Of a stretch of DNA of 64,000 nucleotides, positions 10,885 through 20,142 are shown in pieces. The stretch comes from Candidatus Latescibacterota bacterium (GTDB lineage Bacteria > Latescibacterota > UBA2968), in NCBI GenBank assembly GCA_965222605.1, contig OZ244960.1, forward strand, positions 1,280,001 through 1,344,000, in the 5' to 3' direction. The translations under genes were made by a program, and so were the position numbers. The notes under the pieces are model-generated. The model worked only from the letters and a program-made list of their open reading frames with translations. It made no database searches and had not been told where the DNA came from. Numbering within the stretch: position 1 is the stretch's first letter; each line of letters begins with the position of its first letter.

Positions 10885-11442
10885 CTATACGATTGATTCA
10901 TAAAAGAATTGCCGGCCACCGCCGGGTACACTGCCATCGCGCACACGGCACACGAGGCCCATTTTTTGAAGGGCATTGAGCCGATTGCATGCGATATTGA
11001 TATTTTTGTGCAGTGCATGGGCAAACTCGGAAGACGTGCCTTTTTTTCGAGTCAGGACAACGTCAAGGGCTTCCCGAATGGGCGTTTTGAGCACACCAAG
11101 CACCTGAATATCGCCTTCGTCATCTTTGAAAAGTGCGGCCAGGTCGCGCAATTTGAGCACGGCCTCAAAGGTCTCGCGCACGGAATCATTGGCATTTTGG
11201 ATAAAAGAAAAACGATTGCCAAGCTCTCCACTGCCAATACGCATGAGGAGTTTGCAGAGCAACTCGTCGGCACAGGAGATATCGATAAACGAGACATTGG
11301 TAAAGTCGAGAGGCGTAACCGCATCGTCATCGGCTGTTTGCATAAATGCCATAAGCTGATTGAGCAGGACTTCACCTCGATCGCGCCCACTCAGAATACC
11401 CGTAGGCGTTTCAAAAACAAAAGGGGGGGTTTGTTCAGGCAT
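10885..11442 (-). CDS. STAS-like (DUF4325-type) domain + winged-helix DNA-binding protein
   Basis: L.GR..G...LDF.NVSFIDISCADELL (STAS-like with the conserved Ser), followed by TSSEFAHALHKNINIACNRLNALQKMGLV.R (wHTH). Confidence 0.7.
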   Translation of the reverse strand: MPEQTPPFVFETPTGILSGRDRGEVLLNQLMAFMQTADDDAVTPLDFTNVSFIDISCADELLCKLLMRIGSGELGNRFSFIQNANDSVRETFEAVLKLRDLAALFKDDEGDIQVLGVLKTPIREALDVVLTRKKGTSSEFAHALHKNINIACNRLNALQKMGLVCRVRDGSVPGGGRQFFYESIV

Positions 11443-11507
11443 CTCATCGTCCCTTAAAATTCGGTTGAAATTCTATTTGTGGGGGTTGGGGGAACGATGG
11501 GGAAGAA

Positions 11508-11531
11508 AACTTAATTGAATTCAGTTAAGTT
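11508..11531. promoter_or_regulatory. 24-bp near-perfect palindrome, candidate operator
   Basis: AACTTAATTGAA-TTCAGTTAAGTT (1 mismatch), located at the expected start site of the minus-strand promoter. Confidence 0.6.
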
Positions 11532-11537
11532 GTTGAG

Positions 11538-11566
11538 AAATTAGGCGTTCTGAAATAATATGTCAA
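11538..11566 (-). promoter_or_regulatory. Sigma70-type promoter of the wHTH-nurA-herA operon
   Basis: TTGACA-17 nt-TAATTT on the minus strand. Confidence 0.6.
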
Positions 11567-11592
11567 GTATTTTCTTTTATCTGGTGCATTAC

Positions 11593-11621
11593 TTGCAAAT
11601 ACGGCGCGTGTGAGATATATT
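11593..11621 (+). promoter_or_regulatory. Sigma70-type promoter for queE (divergent)
   Basis: TTGCAA-17 nt-TATATT. Confidence 0.45.
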
Positions 11622-11674
11622 TCTTTAACATCATAGACGACTGCTAAAGAGCACAACTTCATAAAGGCTTAAAT

Positions 11675-12298
11675 GTGAACCCTCCGGCATCCAGAGATCA
11701 AATGCCCGTTTGGCGCGGCGATGGCGAGATCTTGCAAATCAATGAAATTTTCTATTCTATAGAAGGTGAGGGCCTGCGCGTGGGACAACCCACAACATTT
11801 GTCAGGCTTGCGCGTTGCAATTTGCGCTGCTTCTTTTGCGATACGGAATTTGATTCTTTTGAAGAAATGACTATTGCTCAAATTGTCGATGAAATCATGC
11901 ATCACCCGGCAAAGTGGGTGTGTTTGACCGGGGGAGAGCCGCTGGGGCAAAATATCACGCCACTGTGCCGGGAACTCGTCAGCGCGGATTTTCGGTTGCA
12001 CATCGAGACAAATGGAACGATTGATCCAGATTCAGCTTTGTGCGATCTAATTGAACACTGGACTGTATCGCCCAAACGGCAAAAAATTGCCGATGGTCTG
12101 ACGCATATCACCGAACTCAAATACGTGGTGGGCAAAGCGTTTTGCGAAAATACAGTCGATGAAAACCGCGCAAAATATATTTATTTACAGCCCGAATCGA
12201 GCAAACCCCAATACATTCACAAGGCATTGGAAATTTTGTCGCGACATCCCAACTGGCGCTTGTCGTGTCGCATTCACAAAATGTTGCAATTGCCTTAA
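11675..12298 (+). CDS. queE: 7-carboxy-7-deazaguanine synthase (radical SAM)
   Basis: EIFYSIEGEG, CNLRCFFCDT, LTGGEPL, IETNGT, TVSPK, LQPE, HK.L. Confidence 0.88.
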   Translation: MNPPASRDQMPVWRGDGEILQINEIFYSIEGEGLRVGQPTTFVRLARCNLRCFFCDTEFDSFEEMTIAQIVDEIMHHPAKWVCLTGGEPLGQNITPLCRELVSADFRLHIETNGTIDPDSALCDLIEHWTVSPKRQKIADGLTHITELKYVVGKAFCENTVDENRAKYIYLQPESSKPQYIHKALEILSRHPNWRLSCRIHKMLQLP

Positions 12299-12310
12299 GG
12301 AGACAGGTAC

Positions 12311-13312
12311 ATGATCAAATTGGGTATGATTGGATGTGGCGGCATGGGAGGTGCCCACATGCGGCGGTTTCACACACTGAGCGATCGGGTCAAATTGGCC
12401 GCCGCCGTCGATGTTGTGCCAGAACGCGCAGAAGCAGTCGCGCAGCAATTTCCAGGAGCCTGTGTGGCGACAGATTATCGCGAGATTTTAGACTCGGTAG
12501 ATGCCGTATTGCTCGCACTACCCCACCATTTGCACTTTTCCGTGGGACATGCGTGTCTCAATGCTGGCGTTCATGTCTTGCTCGAAAAACCCATGGCAAA
12601 TTACGAAGTCGCCTGCAAAGAACTGAACGAGGCATCTGAAACCTCGGGCAAAGTGCTAATGATTGCGTATTGTATGCGCTTTCATCCAATTGTACAGCGT
12701 TTAAAAGCATTGCTGAATGAAGGCGCGTACGGCGACGTATTTCAAGTGTCGATCTGGACCGAACAACTCACTCGATATCCCCCCGATCACTGGGCTTCGA
12801 GCAAAGAGCGGTTGGGCGGGGGGCAGTTGTTTAGTCACGGCTGTCATTATATCGACTTATTGCTCTGGTTTTTAGGACGACCCGTGCAGGGCATGCACAT
12901 GGGCACAAATTTTGGTACGCCGTGGATGGAGCGAGAAGGCACGAGCAATGTGACGATGGAATTTGAAGATGGCCGTCTGGGATATCACTTTGGCACCTGG
13001 GGCGCACGGGGCACCCGGTTGCGGTACTCAATCCATGCGCATTGCACAGAAGGTTTGCTCGATGCCGATCTTTCAGGTGGCAAACTCGTGCATATCATAC
13101 GCGGTCAAGAGAAAGTTTTGTTCGAAGCAGAGCCGGGCAAACACACAGAAAATGAGATGGCCCATTTTCTCGATTGCATTGAAACCGGACAAACACCACT
13201 GACAGATGGCAAAAGCAGCTTGCAGGGATTGCGCGTGATCTGGCGGTTATATGAAGCTGAGCAAGCAGGGAATATTGCAGATTTGACGGGATTGGGTTTG
13301 GATGAAGTCTAA
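12311..13312 (+). CDS. Gfo/Idh/MocA-family oxidoreductase
   Basis: GMIGCGGMG, HVLLEKPM, GCHYIDLL. Confidence 0.9.
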   Translation: MIKLGMIGCGGMGGAHMRRFHTLSDRVKLAAAVDVVPERAEAVAQQFPGACVATDYREILDSVDAVLLALPHHLHFSVGHACLNAGVHVLLEKPMANYEVACKELNEASETSGKVLMIAYCMRFHPIVQRLKALLNEGAYGDVFQVSIWTEQLTRYPPDHWASSKERLGGGQLFSHGCHYIDLLLWFLGRPVQGMHMGTNFGTPWMEREGTSNVTMEFEDGRLGYHFGTWGARGTRLRYSIHAHCTEGLLDADLSGGKLVHIIRGQEKVLFEAEPGKHTENEMAHFLDCIETGQTPLTDGKSSLQGLRVIWRLYEAEQAGNIADLTGLGLDEV

Positions 13313-13375
13313 TAAGTTTCGAAAATTCAATGAATTGAGGTTGTGATTCTATCTCCGCAATTGGGGAATTTCCGC

Positions 13376-13404
13376 TTGACACTCCGATACTCTTATTATA
13401 GATT
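13376..13404 (+). promoter_or_regulatory. Sigma70 promoter of thrS
   Basis: TTGACA-17 nt-TAGATT. Confidence 0.65.
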
Positions 13405-13532
13405 TACCAGACTTTGGCAGGTTTCTATCTTTTAATCTTCATTGCTGAGGGATATCTGCGGGCGAAACTGCTCACCGAACAGTTCCACGATTTCACATCT
13501 CGCGCGCCGGCAATTCCCGAGCGCGATTTTTT

Positions 13533-15467
13533 ATGGCCGAAAATCATTCCATAACCATTACGCTTCCCGACGGTTCAACCAAAGAAATTGAGCGCGGCAC
13601 AACCGTGCTACAAGTGGCCGAATCCATCGGTGCAGGCCTTGCCCGCGCAGCACTGGTCGGGCGGATTGATGGTCGAGCTGTGGATTTGAGTTACCCGGTT
13701 GCTTCAGATGCTGCGGTTGAGATTTTGACTTTTTCCGACGATGAAGGCAAAGAGGTTTACTGGCATAGCACAGCACATGTGATGGCACAAGCCGTGCAGG
13801 ATTTGTTTCCCAATGCCAAAGTAACCATTGGTCCGCCCATCGAAAACGGATTCTATTACGATTTTGATATCGATCGGCCATTTACGCCCGATGAACTGAA
13901 AAAAATTGAAGCGCGAATGTTGGAAATTGTCAAAGAAGACCAGCCCTTTTCTCGCGAGGAAGTCTCGCGCGATGAGGCGTCCTCGCGTTTTCGTGATTTG
14001 GGTGAATCCTACAAACTCGAGCTTTTAGATGCCATTGCGCCCGATGAGACCGTGAGCATCTACAGAAATACCAGGTGGTTTGATCTGTGTCGGGGACCAC
14101 ACCTACCGTCAACGGGGCGCATTAAGGCCATCAAATTGTTAAACGCATCCGGGGCTTATTGGCGGGGCGATGAAAACAACAAAATGCTGCAACGCATCTA
14201 CGGTATCTCGTTTCCTGGCAAAAAAGAATTGCAGGCATATCTCGATAAACTCGAAGAGGCCAAACGCCGAGACCACCGCACTTTGGGCGTGCAGTTGGAC
14301 CTGTATTCAATAAATGAAAATGTAGGTCCCGGCCTGGTGCTCTGGCATCCTAAGGGAATGCGAATTCGACACGAGGTTGAATCATTCTGGCACAGCGCCC
14401 ATTTCGATGGCGGATATGAACTCGTCGGTTCCCCCCATATTGGGCGGTCCAACCTGTGGGAAACGAGCGGGCATCTGGATTTTTTCCGCGAAAATATGTA
14501 CTCGCCAATGGATGTCGATGGACAGGAATATTTCGCCAAACCCATGAATTGCCCTTTTCACAGCATGATTTACAAAAGCCGCCGTCGAAGTTATCGCGAG
14601 TTGCCATTTCGCTGGGCAGAAATGGGAACGGTTTATCGCTATGAACAGGCGGGAGCGCTACACGGGCTTTTGCGGGTGCGAGGATTTACACAGGATGACG
14701 CGCATATCTTCTGTCGCCCAGACCAGGTCGAAAGTGAAATTAAACGGACCATAGATTTTACACTGTTTATTTTGCGGTCATTTGGTCTCGAAGATTTTAA
14801 GATCGATATTTCCACGCGACCCGAAAAAGCCGTAGGTGATCCTCGCGATTGGGATATGGCGACAAATGCCTTAAAGGCCGCGATAGACGCACAGGGCTTA
14901 AAATATGGCATGGACGAAGGCGGCGGTGCATTTTATGGACCCAAAATTGACGTGCAAATTAGAGATGCATTGGGGCGCGAATGGCAGTGTTCGACAATTC
15001 AGTTTGACTTCAATCTGCCCGAGCGATTCGATTTGAGTTTTGCCGGGCAAGATGGCAAGATGCATCGCCCCTATATGGTACATCGCGCACTTTTGGGGTC
15101 AATAGAACGATTTTTTGGCACGCTCATCGAGCATTATGCTGGTAATTTCCCCGTGTGGTTGGCCCCTGTGCAAGCCGTTATTTTACCTGTATCGGATCGT
15201 TTTATCGACTATGCACAGCAAGTTGCCAAACTGCTTCGAGATGCTCAGGTACGCATTGAAGTGGATGATCAGGATGCCAAACTGGGCTACAAAATTCGCG
15301 AGGCAGAAGTTCAAAAAGTGCCCTACATGCTTATTGTTGGCGCGCGGGAAGTTGAGAATGGCACAGTATCTGTCCGCCGTCATGGACAGGGGGATTTGGG
15401 TGCGCTGAGCCTGAAAAATTTAATCGCGCGTATTCAGAAAGAGGTCGAATCCAAACAGTTGTCATAA
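13533..15467 (+). CDS. thrS: Threonine--tRNA ligase
   Basis: TGS domain, HSTAH, DLCRGPH, RDHR, KPMNCP, RVRGFTQDDAH, GAFYGPK. Confidence 0.98.
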   Translation: MAENHSITITLPDGSTKEIERGTTVLQVAESIGAGLARAALVGRIDGRAVDLSYPVASDAAVEILTFSDDEGKEVYWHSTAHVMAQAVQDLFPNAKVTIGPPIENGFYYDFDIDRPFTPDELKKIEARMLEIVKEDQPFSREEVSRDEASSRFRDLGESYKLELLDAIAPDETVSIYRNTRWFDLCRGPHLPSTGRIKAIKLLNASGAYWRGDENNKMLQRIYGISFPGKKELQAYLDKLEEAKRRDHRTLGVQLDLYSINENVGPGLVLWHPKGMRIRHEVESFWHSAHFDGGYELVGSPHIGRSNLWETSGHLDFFRENMYSPMDVDGQEYFAKPMNCPFHSMIYKSRRRSYRELPFRWAEMGTVYRYEQAGALHGLLRVRGFTQDDAHIFCRPDQVESEIKRTIDFTLFILRSFGLEDFKIDISTRPEKAVGDPRDWDMATNALKAAIDAQGLKYGMDEGGGAFYGPKIDVQIRDALGREWQCSTIQFDFNLPERFDLSFAGQDGKMHRPYMVHRALLGSIERFFGTLIEHYAGNFPVWLAPVQAVILPVSDRFIDYAQQVAKLLRDAQVRIEVDDQDAKLGYKIREAEVQKVPYMLIVGAREVENGTVSVRRHGQGDLGALSLKNLIARIQKEVESKQLS

Positions 15468-15522
15468 CGCACCAGGCGTTTGTGATATACCATCGAATAC
15501 ATCCAATCTGGAGGTGGTCACA

Positions 15523-16062
15523 ATCAATAGAGGTTCAAGAAGTCGAGATACCAGACGAGAAATCGGGCCGCGCGTGAATCGGCAGATTCGCATTCCACAG
15601 GTTCGCTTGATCGGTGAATCAGGTGCTCAAGTTGGTATTGTAGAAACGAGCAAAGCTCTGACAATGGCTCAGGGGGCCGGGCTTGATCTGGTCGAAGTCG
15701 CGCCAAATGCACGCCCACCTGTTTGCCGGATTATGGACTACGGTAAATACAGGTATGAGCGAGGGAAAAAAGCCAGAAAGAATCGTCAGAGTACCTCGCA
15801 ATTAAAAGAAATTCGGATGCGTGTTCGAATCAGCGATCACGATTATCAATTTAAGCTCCGGCATGCCGAGAAATTTTTGACCCAGCGCCATAAAGTGCGG
15901 ATTGTTATTGAGTTTTTTGGGCGAGAAAATGCACATCGCGATATGGGCCGCGATCTATTGCAGCGCATTGAAGACCATTTGCAACATATTGGACAGATCG
16001 AAACCCATCCCCGCGACGAAGGGCGAAAGCTCGTGATGATTGTCGCGCCCAAATCTCAGTAG
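15523..16062 (+). CDS. infC: Translation initiation factor IF-3 (probable non-canonical ATC start)
   Basis: N.QIR...VRLI, LDLVEVAPNA.PPVCRIMDYGKY, KEIR. SD GGAGG 15510-15514 overlaps the GTG but lies 8 nt before the in-frame ATC at 15523. Confidence 0.95.
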   Translation: MNRGSRSRDTRREIGPRVNRQIRIPQVRLIGESGAQVGIVETSKALTMAQGAGLDLVEVAPNARPPVCRIMDYGKYRYERGKKARKNRQSTSQLKEIRMRVRISDHDYQFKLRHAEKFLTQRHKVRIVIEFFGRENAHRDMGRDLLQRIEDHLQHIGQIETHPRDEGRKLVMIVAPKSQ

Positions 16063-16110
16063 TAATCCTGTTTTAACCGATCTTTGATGTTGTTCTCAAA
16101 GGAGTTTGTC

Positions 16111-16305
16111 GTGCCCAAAATGAAAACCCATAGCGGTGCCAAAAAGCGTTTCAAAAAGCGCAGTTCTGGCAAAATCAGCCGTCGCCAGGCCACTGCAGCG
16201 CACAATCTGACCAAAAAGACGAGCAAGCGCAAAAGAGGCCTCCGTCAAACTGTACATGTTCACGACGCTGACCAGAGCCGCGTCAATCGCCTGCTGGCGT
16301 CTTGA
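16111..16305 (+). CDS. rpmI: 50S ribosomal protein L35
   Basis: (M)PKMKTHSGAKKRFK...H.L.KK.SKRKR.LR; GTG start after AAGGAG. Confidence 0.96.
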   Translation: MPKMKTHSGAKKRFKKRSSGKISRRQATAAHNLTKKTSKRKRGLRQTVHVHDADQSRVNRLLAS

Positions 16306-16340
16306 CAAGGGTTGGTGATCACTGTTAATTGGAGATAAAA

Positions 16341-16694
16341 ATGTCGAGAGTAACCAACAGTCCTGCATCGAGACGCAGGCGAAAAAAAATTTTGAAACAG
16401 GCTAAGGGCTATCGGGGGGGGCGCAGCAAACTGCTTCGCACAGCCAGCAATGCCGTGGATCGCGCATTGCAATACGCCTATCGCGACCGCAGACAAAAGA
16501 AAAGAAACTTCAGAGCATTGTGGATTGCGCGAATCAACGCTGCGGCAAGGCAACACGGATTGACTTACAGTCGATTTATGGCGGGTTTGAAACGCGACGG
16601 TATCGATATCAACCGCAAAGTATTGGCTAATCTGGCTGTAACCGACGCCAATGCATTTGCCGCCCTGGCCGAAAGAGTTAAGCAAAACGCCTGA
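16341..16694 (+). CDS. rplT: 50S ribosomal protein L20
   Basis: MSRV...[11 protein letters not shown]...[24 protein letters not shown]. Confidence 0.98.
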   Translation: MSRVTNSPASRRRRKKILKQAKGYRGGRSKLLRTASNAVDRALQYAYRDRRQKKRNFRALWIARINAAARQHGLTYSRFMAGLKRDGIDINRKVLANLAVTDANAFAALAERVKQNA

Positions 16695-16710
16695 GTATCT
16701 CATTGATTCC

Positions 16711-16748
16711 AAAAAGCGAAATCCGGCATTGTGTGGATTTCGCTTTTT
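16711..16748 (+). terminator. Intrinsic terminator after rplT
   Basis: AAAAAGCGAAATCC-loop-GGATTTCGCTTTTT. Confidence 0.8.
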
Positions 16749-16778
16749 GCATGAGGGTCAAATCCTCGTGGGGCGAGC

Positions 16779-16807
16779 TTGACTTTCGGATAAGATGATG
16801 TTAAATT
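16779..16807 (+). promoter_or_regulatory. Sigma70 promoter of the zap-rny operon
   Basis: TTGACT-17 nt-TAAATT with an extended TG. Confidence 0.55.
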
Positions 16808-16850
16808 GCCTCTATATTTAATAGCTTTTGATTTTTTTAAGGAGCAGACT

Positions 16851-17357
16851 ATGGATATTAACCCCTGGACCGTTAGAAACGCCAAAAAAGTAGAGGAAGT
16901 TGATGAAATAGAGGAAGTGGAGGGCAACGCCGAGGCAGCTGAAGACACCGAAGAAGTAGAGGAAGTTGATGAAATAGAGGAAGTGGAGGGCAACGCCGAG
17001 ACGATCGAAGACGCCGAAGAAGTAGAGGAAATGGCGGAGGAAGTAGATCTGTTGGATATTAACGCTGGGGCAGTGGCGGAAGGAGTGGATCGGCTCGTTG
17101 AAGCAATTAACAACGCCGTTGCAACCATTGAAGATTTGCGTCGTGAAAATGCCGAATTGAAGCAACAGAGTCAGGCATTGCAGTCAGATATATCGCGCCT
17201 CGAAGAAGAACGGGTGGCTCTGTGTAGCGAGCGAGACCGACTGCAAGACATTTACAACGACAATGTGCTTCTGATAGACAATAAGGCGGAAATCCTGGAT
17301 AAGGTCGAGGCGATGTTGCAGCGCCTCAATTCCTTAAACCCCCAAAAAGATGAGTGA
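16851..17357 (+). CDS. ZapB-like coiled-coil protein with an acidic N-terminal repeat
   Basis: SD AAGGAG. C-terminal heptad coiled coil (RLVEAINNAVATIEDLRREN...ILDKVEAML.RL). The stop overlaps the zapA start. Confidence 0.65.
   Translation: MDINPWTVRNAKKVEEVDEIEEVEGNAEAAEDTEEVEEVDEIEEVEGNAETIEDAEEVEEMAEEVDLLDINAGAVAEGVDRLVEAINNAVATIEDLRRENAELKQQSQALQSDISRLEEERVALCSERDRLQDIYNDNVLLIDNKAEILDKVEAMLQRLNSLNPQKDE
16890..17030 (+). repeat. 66-bp in-frame tandem repeat (about 2.1 copies; VEEVDEIEEVEGNAE...)
   Basis: gtagaggaag/a starts at 16890, 16956 and 17022. Confidence 0.85.
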
Positions 17358-17635
17358 TGCCTGTTTTGTCCGACGTGCGCGTTCAGATATTTGGCTCAGA
17401 ATATCGCATTGCCAGTGAAACTGATCCCGAACATATCCGCAAGGTGGCGAGTTATGTCGATCAGAAAATGCGAGAAGTAGCCAGTGCCCTTGCACTCCGC
17501 ACCAGATCAACAGTAGCTGTATTGACGGCTGTGAATTTGGCTGATGAGCTTTTTAAGATCGAGGAAGAAGGTCGTCGGATAGATCAGATTTCACGCGAGA
17601 AAGCCGATCAACTCGCAGACTCGGTCAACCTTTAG
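17357..17635 (+). CDS. zapA: Cell division protein ZapA
   Basis: V.IFG.EY.I...EHI.KVA.YVD.KM...AVLTAVNLADELF. Confidence 0.9.
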   Translation: MPVLSDVRVQIFGSEYRIASETDPEHIRKVASYVDQKMREVASALALRTRSTVAVLTAVNLADELFKIEEEGRRIDQISREKADQLADSVNL

Positions 17636-17701
17636 CGCACGAGCGAAGCGAGTAAACCGTACAATGCGAGTGTGAGACAAGCTATCTCACGGGATTGTGA
17701 A

Positions 17702-17754
17702 CCCCGCCGCGTTTGTCCTTAAAAATGAGCACAAGCGCGGTGGGGATTTCTTTT
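17702..17754 (+). terminator. 15-bp stem-loop with U-rich tail between zapA and rny
   Basis: CCCCGCCGCGTTTGT...ACAAGCGCGGTGGGG followed by ATTTCTTTT. Confidence 0.55.
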
Positions 17755-17777
17755 AATACTACTATTTGGAGAAAGTC

Positions 17778-19340
17778 ATGGAAATCGTATCTGTAATTGC
17801 GCTATCTACCGGGCTATTGGTGCTGGGATTTGTTGTGGGTTGGCTGATCAGCAGTAAAATTGCTCACAAGCGCTTTTACCGCACTGACGCCTCAATTGAA
17901 CAAATTTTGGAAGATGCTCGAAGAGAAGCAGAAACTGAAAAACGCACCGCGTTTTTAGAAGCTAAGGATCAGATTTATCACGAGCGCGTACAAGCCGAAA
18001 AAGCACTGGAAGACCGCAACAATGAAGTGGAACGCAAAGAAGAAGAATTGGATCGCATGTCGAACGAGTTGAATCGGCGTGCAGATCTGCTCAACCACAA
18101 AGCTGGACAAATGGAAGAACTGGAACAAAAATTGGTACAGCAGCAGGATGAACTATCCGTAAAAGAACTGGAATTGGAAGCGATCTTGGAGGCTCAAAAT
18201 GCGCGATTAGAACGCATTGCAGCCCTGACGCGCCATCAGGCCAAACGCGAGTTGATGGAAAATTTGGAGGCCGAAGCCCAGCGCGAAGTTGCCTGGCACT
18301 TAAAAGAGATTCGGGAAGACGCACAAGCGCGGGCCAATGATGAAGCGAGAGAAATTATCGCAAGTGCCATTCAGAGACTGGCAGTCGATTATACGGTAGA
18401 ATCAACGGTGACAGTTGTCGATTTGCCAGCCGATGAAATGAAAGGTCGAATTATCGGGCGCGAAGGGCGCAATATTCGATCTTTTGAGATGTGCACAGGC
18501 GTGGATGTGATTGTTGACGACACCCCCAAAGCCGTAGTGCTGTCCGGGTTTGATCCCATTCGCCGCGCGGTTGCCAAGACAGCTTTGGAACACCTTGTAA
18601 TGGATGGACGCATTCATCCTGGTCGAATCGAAGAAGTAGTTAAAAAATCGCGAGAAAATATGCAGGAATTGATCCGGCAAGCGGGAGAAGAGGCCATTTT
18701 TGACATGGGAGTGCCCGGCTTGCATGACCGCCTGATTGAATGTCTTGGGCGATTAAAATTTCGGACGAGCTATGGGCAAAATATGTTAAACCACAGCAAA
18801 GAGGTGGCTTTTTTAGCCGGGATGATGGCCACGCATTTGGGGCTGGATGCACAACTTGCCAAACGCGCCGGTTTGCTACACGACATCGGCCATGGAATCA
18901 GCCACGAATTTGAAGGCACACCCGGCCAAAATGGTGCTGATATGGCAAAAAAATACAATGAGGATGAAGAGGTAATCAACGCAATTGAAGCTCATCACGG
19001 AGAGGCGGACCCAATCTCGCCAATTGCAGTGCTGGTCGATGCCGCAGACGCCATTTCGAGGGTTCGTCCGGGCGCGAGGCGCGAGGTGTTGGAAAATTAT
19101 GTACGTCGATTGGAGCATCTGGAGCAAACCGCCCGAGAAATAGAAGGAGTAGATGCGGTTTACGCCATTCAAGCGGGTCAGGAGATTCGGGTGGTCGCCA
19201 ACTATGGATTAATCAGCGATGAAGACACCGAGAGACTATCTGCTCAAATTGCCGAACGGCTGGAAAAGACGATGACGTATCCGGGGCATATAAAAGTGAC
19301 CGTGATTCGCGAGGTTCGCTCCGTCAATTTTGCGCGATAA
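17778..19340 (+). CDS. rny: Ribonuclease Y
   Basis: N-terminal TM, coiled coil, KH (MKGRIIGREGRNIR), HD (LLHDIG), DAADAIS..RPGAR. Confidence 0.97.
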   Translation: MEIVSVIALSTGLLVLGFVVGWLISSKIAHKRFYRTDASIEQILEDARREAETEKRTAFLEAKDQIYHERVQAEKALEDRNNEVERKEEELDRMSNELNRRADLLNHKAGQMEELEQKLVQQQDELSVKELELEAILEAQNARLERIAALTRHQAKRELMENLEAEAQREVAWHLKEIREDAQARANDEAREIIASAIQRLAVDYTVESTVTVVDLPADEMKGRIIGREGRNIRSFEMCTGVDVIVDDTPKAVVLSGFDPIRRAVAKTALEHLVMDGRIHPGRIEEVVKKSRENMQELIRQAGEEAIFDMGVPGLHDRLIECLGRLKFRTSYGQNMLNHSKEVAFLAGMMATHLGLDAQLAKRAGLLHDIGHGISHEFEGTPGQNGADMAKKYNEDEEVINAIEAHHGEADPISPIAVLVDAADAISRVRPGARREVLENYVRRLEHLEQTAREIEGVDAVYAIQAGQEIRVVANYGLISDEDTERLSAQIAERLEKTMTYPGHIKVTVIREVRSVNFAR

Positions 19341-19350
19341 AAAATAGCGA

Positions 19351-20142
19351 ATGAAAATTTTATTTGTAGGCGATGTTTATGGCAAGCCCGGGCGACGGGC
19401 CGCCGCACATTTGATTCCTCAACTGATCGCACAGCACGCCATTGATTTCTGCGTTGTTAATGGCGAAAATTCTGCTGGCGGTTTTGGTATTACCGCCAAA
19501 ATCGGACAAAAATTTCACGCTTATGGCGCCGATGTAATTACCATGGGCGATCACGTCTGGGATCAAAAAGATTCGGTTGACTATATCCAAACGGGCGACC
19601 GGGTTTTGCGTGCAGCCAACTTCCCCAAAGAGGTTGGGGGTGTTGGTGCAGCGGTTTTTTCAGCACGCAATGGCGTGTCGGTTGCAGTGCTCAGTCTGCT
19701 TGGGCGAACATATATGAAAATGGCGTTGGACTGTCCCTTTAGAATAGGGCAATGCACCGTAGAGCAACTGCAAAAGAAAACGCCTATTATTCTCGTCGAT
19801 TTCCACGCCGAAGCAACCTCGGAAAAAATTGCTTTTGGGCACTATATGGACGGCAAAGTCAGCGCGGTTTTGGGCACGCATACCCATGTCCAAACAGCCG
19901 ATAATGGGATTTTACCCGGCGGAACCGCGTATATGACAGATGTCGGCATGACAGGGCCTCACGATTCGGTTATTGGCGCGAAAAAAGACCCTGCGATTCG
20001 CCGATTTATAAACCAGATGCCCGTGCGTTTTGAGCCAGCTACAGGCGATATAAAACTCTGCGGAGCACTCATCGATGTGGATGAACGCTCCGGGCGTGCG
20101 CGACACATAGAGCGACTACGGCTCGATTTAGAGGAGGGATAA
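19351..20142 (+). CDS. ymdB: YmdB-like metallophosphoesterase (TIGR00282 type)
   Basis: GDVYG.PG, NGENSAGG.G, DFHAEATSEK, GTHTHV, TDVGMTG. Confidence 0.93.
   Translation: MKILFVGDVYGKPGRRAAAHLIPQLIAQHAIDFCVVNGENSAGGFGITAKIGQKFHAYGADVITMGDHVWDQKDSVDYIQTGDRVLRAANFPKEVGGVGAAVFSARNGVSVAVLSLLGRTYMKMALDCPFRIGQCTVEQLQKKTPIILVDFHAEATSEKIAFGHYMDGKVSAVLGTHTHVQTADNGILPGGTAYMTDVGMTGPHDSVIGAKKDPAIRRFINQMPVRFEPATGDIKLCGALIDVDERSGRARHIERLRLDLEEG

Noticed and set aside
13405-13532. T-box or tRNA-mimic leader of thrS
   Set aside because: Short leader, no T-box consensus, and the hairpin before the ATG has no Thr anticodon-like loop.
17636-17777. 6S RNA after zapA
   Set aside because: The spacer is about 140 nt and I cannot fold it into the long rod with central bubble.
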